From assembly GCA_964590205.1 (NCBI GenBank), contig CAZPVO010000003.1, forward strand, positions 682 through 64,681: a stretch of 64,000 bases of DNA, written 5' to 3'. Shown one piece after another: positions 19,404 through 27,790 of this stretch; within the stretch, counting starts at the first letter, position 1, and each line of letters starts with the position of its first letter. Under the pieces are notes generated by a model, which did not search any database, was not told the origin of the DNA, and saw nothing but the letters and a program-made list of their open reading frames with translations. Source of the stretch: an uncultured Candidatus Saccharibacteria bacterium (GTDB lineage: Bacteria > Patescibacteriota > Saccharimonadia > Saccharimonadales > JAGQNJ01). The translations under genes and the position numbers were made by a program.

Positions 19404-20183
19404 ATGCCTCACATAGCCAAAAATCAACAGGGCTTCGCCGCGCTCGAAGTTTTATTAATTGGAGTGGTCGTCGTTCTAATTGGAGGCGTCGGCTATTATG
19501 TTTATTCTCAGCGCCAGACAACTCATAACGCTGAAACTCAAAATCAAGAAGTTCAACCAGCAGAAACTTTGCCAACAAAGCTTGATGATACAGTTTCATT
19601 CGAAGATGCCCAAAAAGTGGCTCAGGCCAAAGTTACGGATGATAAAGTTGCGAGCACCGAGCTTCAAAGCGAAGGCGGCAAGCTTGTCTTTAAGGTGCAG
19701 TTCCTAAAAGGCAAAGTCTTAGTTGTCGATGCCAAAACTGGCGCAGTAATCGGTACGCAAAACGCCGCTGTTCAGCAAGCTGACGCACTAGCCTCGTCTA
19801 ATAACGTATTAACTGTCACACAAATTTTGGCTAAGGCAAACGTTAAGGATGTACGGAGCGTCGCGCTAAGGAATAAAGATGGTAAGCTCGTGTACGTTAT
19901 TAAATACGGACATGGTGGAGAAGTAACGCTCGACGCCACAACGGGCGATACTATCAAGAGCAAACCAGCCGCAACCAATGGCCAAGACAAGAAAACGGAT
20001 AACAGCTCAAAAAAAGCCCCTAGCTCGTCGGGCAACTCAAGCAGTTCGTCGAGCTCAAACAGCACCGAGACAGAAAATAAACAATCAACAAGTAACACTA
20101 CGACTGAATCAGAAACCGAATCTCACGGCGGCAATAGCGGTTCGGGTGGTGGAAGCGGCAGCAACAGTGGTAGCAGCCATTAA
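19404..20183 (+). CDS. tandem PepSY-domain protein with type IV pilin-like N-terminus and Ser-rich tail
   Basis: MPHIAKNQQG|FAALEVLLIGVVVVLIGG matches the class III signal pattern (G|F-x-x-x-E plus a hydrophobic helix). Two PepSY-like repeats follow (..EGGKLVFKVQFLKGKVLVVDAKTGAVIG and ..KDGKLVYVIKYGHGGEVTLDATTGDTI). AAAGGAAAA lies upstream. Confidence 0.6.
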   Translation: MPHIAKNQQGFAALEVLLIGVVVVLIGGVGYYVYSQRQTTHNAETQNQEVQPAETLPTKLDDTVSFEDAQKVAQAKVTDDKVASTELQSEGGKLVFKVQFLKGKVLVVDAKTGAVIGTQNAAVQQADALASSNNVLTVTQILAKANVKDVRSVALRNKDGKLVYVIKYGHGGEVTLDATTGDTIKSKPAATNGQDKKTDNSSKKAPSSSGNSSSSSSSNSTETENKQSTSNTTTESETESHGGNSGSGGGSGSNSGSSH

Positions 20184-20186
20184 TAT

Positions 20187-20876
20187 TTATGCTGCTAAAT
20201 CATAACCCGTATGAATAGAATCGATCATGAAATCCATACAAAATAGAATTCTATTTTCGGCGCCTGCGCCACAGTGACGAGTTTGAGGTAGTCCAACTTG
20301 CTCCCCATTACATAACGCAATAGCTTGACGCACAAACAGTACGTCGCCAGGTCCGTAACTAGTAAGAAATTCAGGCATGATGCTTGCTTCACCTGTAAGT
20401 GTCTTTTCAGACAAAACAAATTTTTGATTTTTGTCATCTGTTGGTGAAGCTGCGAAGAGCGCCTCTCCACCGCAAGTAGGCACAATAACTGTAATGCCGC
20501 GTCGTGCCACCTCATCAAGATGTCCTTTGACTTCTTCTTCTGGCTCAAGATAAATACTATTAAATTTGAGTGCGATACGCGCAGCCTCGTTTTCAGGCGT
20601 AAAGAGTAGGTCCTTTACAACATGAAGTTCTGGAGCCCATGTCATCGCATCTGCTTCCGCATGATGAGGTAGGGTTCCATTATTAGCCTTATTAGTAGTG
20701 AGACTCAGCACACCAGTTTTTTTCAATTCGTGAGCTGGTCGCACATTTTTATAAAGCCGCTTTGCCGACATTTCTGAGACAAAACTGCTTACTTTTGCTA
20801 CGCCATCATTAATACAAGCCTCTAGTACTTCAGGACTAGGTTCAGCGAAAGTTTGAACAGACTTTACGTAATTCAT
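20187..20876 (-). CDS. hypothetical protein (weak HxD...H hint of a non-haem Fe oxygenase fold)
   Basis: Clean 229-aa ORF. The only hints are GHLDE and a distal TRHCG. The function call is speculative. Confidence 0.35.
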   Translation of the reverse strand: MNYVKSVQTFAEPSPEVLEACINDGVAKVSSFVSEMSAKRLYKNVRPAHELKKTGVLSLTTNKANNGTLPHHAEADAMTWAPELHVVKDLLFTPENEAARIALKFNSIYLEPEEEVKGHLDEVARRGITVIVPTCGGEALFAASPTDDKNQKFVLSEKTLTGEASIMPEFLTSYGPGDVLFVRQAIALCNGEQVGLPQTRHCGAGAENRILFCMDFMIDSIHTGYDLAA

Positions 20877-20894
20877 CGGCTCATTTTACTCTTA

Positions 20895-20917
20895 AAACAA
20901 AATAGACTTCCAGAGGG
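20895..20917 (+). repeat. direct repeat copy 1 (AAACAAAATAGACTTCCAGAGGG)
   Basis: Perfect 23-nt match to 20977-20999. Confidence 0.9.
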
Positions 20918-20976
20918 CGGAAAGGTCCAGTGGAGCTTTCCGTAGACACGAGCGAAGTGTCGCTCAAAAAGTCTCT

Positions 20977-20999
20977 AAACAAAATAGACTTCCAGAGGG
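20977..20999 (+). repeat. direct repeat copy 2 (AAACAAAATAGACTTCCAGAGGG)
   Basis: Perfect 23-nt match to 20895-20917. Its core pairs with 21011-21026. Confidence 0.9.
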
Positions 21000-21396
21000 G
21001 GTGGGCACCACTGGAAGTCTATTTTGGGGACGTCCACCTGGGACCTCCCGAAAATACACCCTTCAACCCACCACGAGCGAAGCATCAGAATCAAACTCCA
21101 CGTAAAGATCTGTGCCGAACAGTTGTTCATACTGGCGTACTCGCTGTTGAAAACCGGGTAGTTAAAGGGGTTAGTTTGTTTTAGAGCCTCGTTTGCACGG
21201 AGACTCAAAGTGGAGGGTAACAACTTTAAAGTCTATAACTCTAAAACAACCTAACGTTTTCACCACATGGGTGAAAGTTAGAATGGGGGATAAAGGTACG
21301 TAAGAAACCGCTTAAGCGGACTTACGAGTTGCAATTTTAGCAAAACAATGTCCTTATGTCAATACTAAAAAACATTTTTGTGATATATTAAAAAAG

Positions 21397-22251
21397 ATGA
21401 CAAAAAAGCATAAGCTAAAAGGGCTCGAAATCCCTGATTGTCTCCAAACAATTCCTTCGCCACCGAAGGAGTTGTTTATTTATGGAGAGTTGGCACCTCT
21501 GTTAGAAAAACCTCGTTTGGCAGTGGTTGGCAGTCGTAAAGTAACACCTTACGGTAAAGCAGTAACAGGGCAACTCACCAGGGAAGCAGCCGAAGCCGGA
21601 ATTGTCATTATAAGTGGGCTAGCCCTTGGTGTGGACAGTATTGCACATCAAGCCACATTATCTGCCAGTGGGCTCACCGTAGCCGTGCTGCCTTCGTCAA
21701 TTGAAAACATAGCGCCTAGAGCCCATATACCGCTTGCTCAGCGGATTTTAGAGCAAAATGGCGCTCTCGTAAGTGAATACCCTCAGGGCAGCGAGCCGAA
21801 CCGTGGAAACTTTATTAATCGTAATCGTATCGTGGCAGGCTTGAGCGATGCGGTACTCATCACCGAAGCCGCCGCCAACAGTGGCACCATGCACACCGCA
21901 AACTTTGCGCTTGAGCAAGGCAAACCAGTTCTTGTTGTACCAGGTAACATAACCAGCCCACAGAGCGCTGGCACCAATAATCTGCTTAAATCTGGCGCAA
22001 TACCAGTTACTGACGTCGAAGATATCTTTAGTGTGCTGGGCATTAATAAGAATAAAACAAGCCTCGTCATTAACGCTGCCAACGAGCAGGAATTTATTAT
22101 TCTTAGTCTGATTCAAGAGGGAACGAGCGATGGCCACGAGCTGCTGGCCAAGAGTGAACTCGACGCCGCCGTGTTTAATCAGACGCTCACCATGCTTGAA
22201 ATAACAGGGAAGATCAAAGCCCTCGGCAGCAACCACTGGGCAAAATTGTGA
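21397..22251 (+). CDS. dprA: DNA processing protein DprA (Smf)
   Basis: VVGSRKVTPYGKAVTGQLTREAAEAGIVIISGLALGVDSIAHQATL Rossmann-like DprA core. The dprA-topA adjacency is classic. Confidence 0.9.
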   Translation: MTKKHKLKGLEIPDCLQTIPSPPKELFIYGELAPLLEKPRLAVVGSRKVTPYGKAVTGQLTREAAEAGIVIISGLALGVDSIAHQATLSASGLTVAVLPSSIENIAPRAHIPLAQRILEQNGALVSEYPQGSEPNRGNFINRNRIVAGLSDAVLITEAAANSGTMHTANFALEQGKPVLVVPGNITSPQSAGTNNLLKSGAIPVTDVEDIFSVLGINKNKTSLVINAANEQEFIILSLIQEGTSDGHELLAKSELDAAVFNQTLTMLEITGKIKALGSNHWAKL

Positions 22252-22320
22252 TTGCACTCAACACAAAAATGCCGTAGTATCGTGCTTCGTACTATTTATT
22301 TGTTACACTAAAGCTTACAC

Positions 22321-24606
22321 ATGTCCAAAAACCTAGTTATCGTTGAGAGTCCAGCTAAAGCCAAAACCATCGAGAAATACTTAGGCAGCGATTTCACTGT
22401 TAAAAGTAGTTTTGGCCATGTTCGTGATTTGCCAAAAAAAGGTTTGAACATTGACATCGAGCACAATTTTAAGCCGACATATGAGATCAGCCCAGATAAA
22501 ACAAAGGTGATCGCTGATCTCAAAAAAGCCGCAAAAGGGAAGGAAGTTTGGCTGGCAAGCGATGAAGACCGTGAAGGTGAGGCGATTGCGTGGCACCTCT
22601 GTTCAGCACTCGGTTTGGACCCTAAAACAACCAAACGAATTGTTTTTCATGAAATTACAAAACCGGCGATTGAAGAGGCAGTAAAAAACCCTCGAACTGT
22701 CGATGAAAAGCTTGTTGATGCTCAGCAAGCTCGCCGTGTTTTGGATCGTTTAGTAGGTTATGAATTGTCGCCAATTCTCTGGAAAAAAGTTACCGCTGGC
22801 TTAAGCGCTGGTCGTGTGCAATCTGTTGCCGTACGACTTATTCAGGAGCGAGAACGCGAAATAACAGATCACGTCGCTGCGAGCGACTTTAAGGTAACAG
22901 CCGAATTTAAAGCCAGCAAAGACACCGTTCCAGCCGAGCTTACAGTGCGGCTTAAAGACAAAGCAACTTCCAAAAAATTCCTCCAAGACTGCGTCAAAGC
23001 TAACTTTACCATCAGTTCAATTGATAAAAAACCGGGCTCACGTAATCCGAGTGCACCGTTTACGACCAGCACATTGCAACAAGAAGCCTCTCGTAAAATC
23101 GGGAATTCGGTTCGCCAAACTATGCGACTCGCACAAGGCCTGTACGAGAACGGGCACATCACTTATATGCGTACCGACAGCACCAACTTATCTGGTCTAG
23201 CTATTAAATCCTTTGGAGATTACATCGAAAAGCAGTATGGCACTAAGTATCACCAAGTTCGTCAGTACAAAACCAAATCTGCTGGCGCGCAGGAAGCTCA
23301 CGAAGCTATTCGTCCAACCGACATTACCAAAACTTCAGCTGGCAGTTCGCCTCAAGAACAACGTCTGTATAAACTAATCTGGCAACGAGCGCTGGCTAGT
23401 CAAATGGCAGCCGCAAGTGTTGAGAGAACCGAAGCGTTGATTGACATTAGTACTCGCAAGGAACAATTCCTAGCTAAGGGTGAGATTCTGACGTTTGATG
23501 GCTTTTTAAAAGTGTACGATAACACCCAAAAAGATGTGATTTTACCAGAGCTCAAGCAAGGTGAAAGCTTGAAAGCCGAGCAAATTGTTGCCACTGAAAC
23601 ATTTAGTAAACCAAAAGGCCGCTACTCTGAAGCCTCACTCGTTAAAAAACTCGAGGAACTCGGTATTGGTCGCCCAAGCACCTATGCACCAACTATTAGT
23701 ACTATTCAAGATCGTGGTTACGTTGAAAAAGGCGATGTGGAAGGCGAAGAGCGCGATATCAGCGTGGTTACGCTCAAAAGTGGGAAAGTGAGTGAAGAAG
23801 TTGAGAAACAGCGCTACGGCGCCGATCAGAACAAACTAATCCCAACACACTTAGCTGAAATGACCACAGATTTTTTGGTTAAATATTTTACTGAGATTTT
23901 AGATTATGACTTTACAGCTAAGGCTGAAGAGGAATTCGACGATATCGCCGATGGTAAACACAAGTGGCAAGACAGCATTGAGCGTTTTTATAAGCTATTT
24001 CATCCGTTAATCGGTAAGGCCGAGAAAGTTTCCCGTGAGGAAACCTCTAAAGCCCGTGAGATTGGAAAAGACCCAAAGTCTGGCAAGCCAGTGATTGCTC
24101 GTTATGGCCGATTCGGTCCAATGTTACAGATAGGTGAGGCCGAGGACGAAGAGAAGCCAAAGTTCGCACCACTGCCTGAAGGCGCCAAGATCGAAACTGT
24201 TACCCTCAAAGAAGCCATGGAAATGTTCAAGTTGCCGCGAGTCGTCGGTAAAACCGAAGATGGTCAGGAAATCACCGCCAACATCGGTAGATTTGGCCCG
24301 TATATTCAGGTAGATAAGATTTTTGTATCGCTGAAAGAGGCTGATCCGTTCACTATTAAGGAACCCGAAGCCCGTAAACTATACAAAGAAAAGCTCGACA
24401 AAGAAGCCGCCAAGAATATTGCCGATTTTGGCACAATTAAGGTGCTAAACGGCATGTACGGCCCGTACGTAACAGATGGCAAAAAGAATGCCAAGATTCC
24501 AAAAGAACAAGATCCGAAGAAGTTAACAGAAATCGAAGCTCAGAAACTCTTGGATGAAGCACCCGCAAAAGGCAAAGGCCGCCGCTTCCCCCGCAAAAAA
24601 GCATAA
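22321..24606 (+). CDS. topA: DNA topoisomerase I
   Basis: Toprim N-terminus LVIVESPAKAKTIEKYLG and active-site region GHITYMRTDS. The C-terminal repeats (GRFGPMLQ, GRFGPYIQ, YGPYVTDG) lack Cys, and the tail KGKGRRFPRKKA is basic. Confidence 0.95.
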   Translation: MSKNLVIVESPAKAKTIEKYLGSDFTVKSSFGHVRDLPKKGLNIDIEHNFKPTYEISPDKTKVIADLKKAAKGKEVWLASDEDREGEAIAWHLCSALGLDPKTTKRIVFHEITKPAIEEAVKNPRTVDEKLVDAQQARRVLDRLVGYELSPILWKKVTAGLSAGRVQSVAVRLIQEREREITDHVAASDFKVTAEFKASKDTVPAELTVRLKDKATSKKFLQDCVKANFTISSIDKKPGSRNPSAPFTTSTLQQEASRKIGNSVRQTMRLAQGLYENGHITYMRTDSTNLSGLAIKSFGDYIEKQYGTKYHQVRQYKTKSAGAQEAHEAIRPTDITKTSAGSSPQEQRLYKLIWQRALASQMAAASVERTEALIDISTRKEQFLAKGEILTFDGFLKVYDNTQKDVILPELKQGESLKAEQIVATETFSKPKGRYSEASLVKKLEELGIGRPSTYAPTISTIQDRGYVEKGDVEGEERDISVVTLKSGKVSEEVEKQRYGADQNKLIPTHLAEMTTDFLVKYFTEILDYDFTAKAEEEFDDIADGKHKWQDSIERFYKLFHPLIGKAEKVSREETSKAREIGKDPKSGKPVIARYGRFGPMLQIGEAEDEEKPKFAPLPEGAKIETVTLKEAMEMFKLPRVVGKTEDGQEITANIGRFGPYIQVDKIFVSLKEADPFTIKEPEARKLYKEKLDKEAAKNIADFGTIKVLNGMYGPYVTDGKKNAKIPKEQDPKKLTEIEAQKLLDEAPAKGKGRRFPRKKA

Positions 24607-24611
24607 GAGTA

Positions 24612-24640
24612 TTGCATTATTAGCATAAACATGTTAATAT
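24612..24640 (+). promoter_or_regulatory. sigma70-type promoter of CDS 24650
   Basis: TTGCAT (24612-24617), 17-nt spacer, TAATAT (24635-24640), 9 nt before the ATG. Confidence 0.45.
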
Positions 24641-24649
24641 AGTCGTTCT

Positions 24650-25042
24650 ATGCCTATTTTTTCGTCGACAACATTTGTTATTGATCGTCCGGAGCTGGAG
24701 CTTTTTACTCACAGCACTGACTTTGATGGTTCAGTGGAATATAGAAGTAGATTGGATGACGATCTCGGTCATATGACTTGTTACTTTGATCCAACAACCG
24801 ATATTTTTGATGTCCGCCGGCTTGATACTTACAAACAGCACGAAGGATACGGCCGAGTATTACTTGGCCATGCGGTTGAGCTGGCGCATACAGCCCAAGC
24901 TGAACTTATTACCTCTACGATTACCTCGAGAGAATGTCTAGACTCAATGGTTCTAGTATTTGGCGAAAAGGCTCTGAAAATAGAAGAACCCGGGGACTAC
25001 CTCAAGCAAAACACCCGCGCATTTCTGACCTACTACCTTTAA
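24650..25042 (+). CDS. hypothetical small protein (possible GNAT-like fold)
   Basis: HEGYGRVLLGHAVELA weakly resembles acetyl-CoA binding motif A. Otherwise unrecognised. Confidence 0.35.
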   Translation: MPIFSSTTFVIDRPELELFTHSTDFDGSVEYRSRLDDDLGHMTCYFDPTTDIFDVRRLDTYKQHEGYGRVLLGHAVELAHTAQAELITSTITSRECLDSMVLVFGEKALKIEEPGDYLKQNTRAFLTYYL

Positions 25043-25165
25043 ATAGACAAATAGGGCTTTCCACAGGTTGTCATCTGTTAAGAAGTATTTCGTTGTAATA
25101 TTGGTAGGCAATGAGGGCGCAAAAAGGGCCATTTTGTGCTAAAATAAAAATATAACAATATATGT

Positions 25166-25194
25166 TTGACTTTTAGCAGCGTAAGTTTTATAAT
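25166..25194 (+). promoter_or_regulatory. near-consensus sigma70 promoter
   Basis: TTGACT (25166-25171), exactly 17 nt, TATAAT (25189-25194). AAGGAAAA Shine-Dalgarno-like element lies before the ATG at 25247. Confidence 0.6.
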
Positions 25195-25246
25195 TATACT
25201 AAATACATCGATCAGAAGTATAATTAGGTAAGGAAAATAACTCATT

Positions 25247-26290
25247 ATGGCTAACGAGCAGAAAACAGCGCAAACTTCGGTGGAGAAGTACGTTAATGAC
25301 ATTCTTGAAACCATCGACAAAGAACGTGAGCGCGAAATTGTATCTCGACGTTTTGGCTTGTTTGACCGTAAAGAGACTCTCGAGCAAATAGGGGAGTTGT
25401 TAGGTATTACTCGTGAACGTGTTCGTCAGCTGGAAAAAGCTGTTGTTTCTCGCTTAAAAGCACAGGCAGCTGAGGGCAAAGTTCCACATATCGCAGAAAT
25501 CGAAAAAGAATTTGTTGAGCGAGTAAGTACAATGGGGAAGTCAGGCCGTGTGAGCGACCTCTCGGCTAAGCTAACAAAAGACAATTCTCGTCTTGATCAA
25601 GCTCGTGTATCGTTCCTCGCACAACTATGCCCAAAGCTGGTTGTTGTTGATGAAAACGACTTTTATTACCTAAGCGTAGCGCTATCTGACAGTTTTAATG
25701 AAAAATCGCTCAAAGATGCTGTCGCTAAAATTATTGAAGCTATCAAGAAAATTGGTGAGCCAACAACTATTGATAAAGTTGCCGAAGCTATCAAGCATCC
25801 AAACGCTAAAGAAGTTGCAGCGCTTGCCAGCACTAGCAAGCAACTCGCAAATCTGAACAACCGCTGGGGACTTATTAAGTGGCCGATGGTCAATCCTAAG
25901 AACATTCGCGACAAAATCTATGTTATTTTGTTTGAGAACGGCAAACATATGCACTTCGGTGAAATCGCTGATGCAATCAAGAAATCAGAGTTCAAGCGCA
26001 AAGACGTAACAACTCAGGCTATCCATAACGAACTTATTAAAGATTCACGCTTCGTGCTGGTAGGGCGGGGAATTTACGCGCTCAAAGAATGGGGTTATAA
26101 GAAGGGAACTGTCGCTGATGTGATCAGCGATGTGCTTCGAAAAGCCGGTGAACCATTACACCGCGACGAAATCGTCAAGCGTGTATTAAAAGATCGCTAC
26201 GTCAAGGAAACGACAATTCTTCTCAACTTACAGGGCAAGAAGCAATTCAAACGTGTTGCTAAAGCAACCTACACACTAGCAGAAAGCTAA
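25247..26290 (+). CDS. sigma-70 region 4-like HTH protein with HARE-HTH-like repeats
   Basis: REIVSRRFGLFDRKETLEQIGELLGITRERVRQLEKAVVSRLK is a region-4 type HTH, and no region 2 is seen. C-terminal repeats resemble HARE-HTH (MHFGEIADAIKK...FVLVGRGIYALKEWGY; GTVADVISDVLRKAGEPLHRDEIVKRVL...FKRVAKATYTL). Confidence 0.6.
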   Translation: MANEQKTAQTSVEKYVNDILETIDKEREREIVSRRFGLFDRKETLEQIGELLGITRERVRQLEKAVVSRLKAQAAEGKVPHIAEIEKEFVERVSTMGKSGRVSDLSAKLTKDNSRLDQARVSFLAQLCPKLVVVDENDFYYLSVALSDSFNEKSLKDAVAKIIEAIKKIGEPTTIDKVAEAIKHPNAKEVAALASTSKQLANLNNRWGLIKWPMVNPKNIRDKIYVILFENGKHMHFGEIADAIKKSEFKRKDVTTQAIHNELIKDSRFVLVGRGIYALKEWGYKKGTVADVISDVLRKAGEPLHRDEIVKRVLKDRYVKETTILLNLQGKKQFKRVAKATYTLAES

Positions 26291-26302
26291 GGTTATTGTT
26301 GG

Positions 26303-26890
26303 ATGACGAACTGGAAATTACATACTCTTGAGGAAATGCCGGGCATCCCAATAACTGAAGCTGCCGACGGCATGGTTATAGAAGGTACTTTTAATAATAA
26401 TGTTTTAAATCAATATCTTGAAAGCCTGATGTTTGATGGCCGCAGTGGCGGTACAGAATACCGACAGGTCGGCTTAATATCTCATCTGTGGGGCACAATA
26501 ATTACTGATGCAAAGCCAACACTACTGGATGAAGGGGTGAGCACGAGCAAAACTAATCCGTTGCAGGCAAGTGTAACTTTCGAACCAACTCATCTCATGG
26601 GTGCTCGAGACGGTGATAATGTTATTGATCGGGAAGGGACATGGCATCCTCGTCCCTTTGATGACAGAGGACGAGCCGTGCTACCAATAATGGCCGATAA
26701 AGAAGTCCGTTTCCGCGGAATGGCCGATATCGACCAATTCGTCAAAGAGGTCAGTACTCTAGGTGGAGATACAAAACTACAACCTATAGATCAATTACCG
26801 CTGTACGAACCTGCATATCTCATACTTGGTGAAACTGCCTTCAAACTAGTAACACGCCCAATTGACCGCCCCGAGCCAACAGAAGTGTAG
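26303..26890 (+). CDS. hypothetical protein
   Basis: 195-aa ORF starting 12 nt after the preceding stop. No motif recognised. Confidence 0.45.
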   Translation: MTNWKLHTLEEMPGIPITEAADGMVIEGTFNNNVLNQYLESLMFDGRSGGTEYRQVGLISHLWGTIITDAKPTLLDEGVSTSKTNPLQASVTFEPTHLMGARDGDNVIDREGTWHPRPFDDRGRAVLPIMADKEVRFRGMADIDQFVKEVSTLGGDTKLQPIDQLPLYEPAYLILGETAFKLVTRPIDRPEPTEV

Positions 26891-26892
26891 AT

Positions 26893-27564
26893 ATGGCACA
26901 TTCATCTCGAAGCCGCAGGGAAGTCGACAGACAAGAGAAACACCCTGAGGTTCTTGTCGCCAGAGGCGATTTAAGTCCGGATGACAAACGCTTTATTACA
27001 GAATTTTTGAAACGGGTAGCAGGGTTTTCTGCAATTCAATATACACCAGCCGATGAATATGATGCCAGACCACAGCAGCCTGTTCATATAAGTTTGCTCA
27101 AGCCAGGTGTAACCGAAGGATTATTTCGGTTTGACGAAATTGTAAATCCTGATGATTTCGTTGTTCGCGAACATGTCGAAGACTTTAAGCGAAGATACGT
27201 TTACCCCAACGAGCTTTGTAATACGTTTGTGGGCCGAACCTTTAATTATATTGTCGATGGCCGTGGAAGCCGATTCGTTTCTAGTTGGAGCACAAATCCT
27301 GAACAGCCCGGCCGCTTTTTTAGGGATCCAGCACCAATTGCTAAGGCAGATGTTCGTTTGCGCGATGAGATTGATCTTCCGCCATATCCAAATACAATCG
27401 ACGGCACCAGTAAGAGTGCGTACTGCGCCCGCTTCGCAATCAGGGCAGGGAGCATTATAGAAGCCACTGACGCCCTCTGGGAACATGTGGACATAGATAA
27501 CCTAAAAGTAGCAGAATATGGCTTACACCTTGTTGCTACGCAACTGCAAGCTCAGCTCACTTAA
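26893..27564 (+). CDS. hypothetical protein
   Basis: 223-aa ORF starting 2 nt after the preceding stop. No motif recognised. Confidence 0.45.
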   Translation: MAHSSRSRREVDRQEKHPEVLVARGDLSPDDKRFITEFLKRVAGFSAIQYTPADEYDARPQQPVHISLLKPGVTEGLFRFDEIVNPDDFVVREHVEDFKRRYVYPNELCNTFVGRTFNYIVDGRGSRFVSSWSTNPEQPGRFFRDPAPIAKADVRLRDEIDLPPYPNTIDGTSKSAYCARFAIRAGSIIEATDALWEHVDIDNLKVAEYGLHLVATQLQAQLT

Positions 27565-27762
27565 TGATTTTCAAAATATAGAACATTTTGCGAACATGAT
27601 TATAGTCATGGGTAGTAAAGAAATAGTAGGAATAAAATGCTGGGTATAACTACGGGCAGTGCAGTCAGGTAAATAAAATTCAAAAACAAAATTTTGAAAG
27701 CGAAGATTTAAAAACGTCTGCACAGACGCAAATATACAGCAGCGCAAAAGGCCATAGATCTC

Positions 27763-27790
27763 GTGTCGCACAATGTATATTTTGCGACTC
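27763..27790. other. dif-like Xer recombination site candidate
   Basis: GTGTCGCACAA-TGTATA-TTTTGCGACTC has an 11-6-11 layout with near-palindromic arms (GTCGCAcAA / TTtTGCGAC). The central hexamer is identical to E. coli dif TGTATA as I recall it. It lies in the convergence gap. Confidence 0.45.

Larger units (their letters stand above)
20895..21330 (+). ncRNA. candidate structured ncRNA, class unresolved (RNase P RNA-like sequence blocks, unverified; strand uncertain)
   Basis: The 520-bp gap contains only two implausible, mutually antisense ORFs. At least seven strong local helices are present (see finding). Short blocks resembling GGAAAGUCC, AAACUCCAC, AACCGGGUAG and ACA..UCCUUAU occur in RNase P order on the + strand. 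Confidence 0.4.

Noticed and set aside
20930-21223. ORFs 20930..21184 (+) and 20975..21223 (-) as protein-coding genes
   Set aside because: They are mutually antisense and lie wholly within the hairpin-dense repeat region. They have odd composition and no start context, so they are more simply by-products of a structured non-coding sequence.
21170-21255. GTTTTAGAG motif reminiscent of a type II CRISPR repeat or tracrRNA
   Set aside because: There is only one copy plus its inverted complement, forming a hairpin. There is no repeat-spacer periodicity and no cas genes in the window.
20877-21396. tmRNA (ssrA) interpretation of the structured region
   Set aside because: Neither strand shows a GGGG..TTCGAC-type 5' end, a T-arm plus CTCCACCA-type 3' end, or a short tag ORF ending in a stop. 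The GCAAACGAGGCT reading frame on the - strand runs on without a nearby stop.
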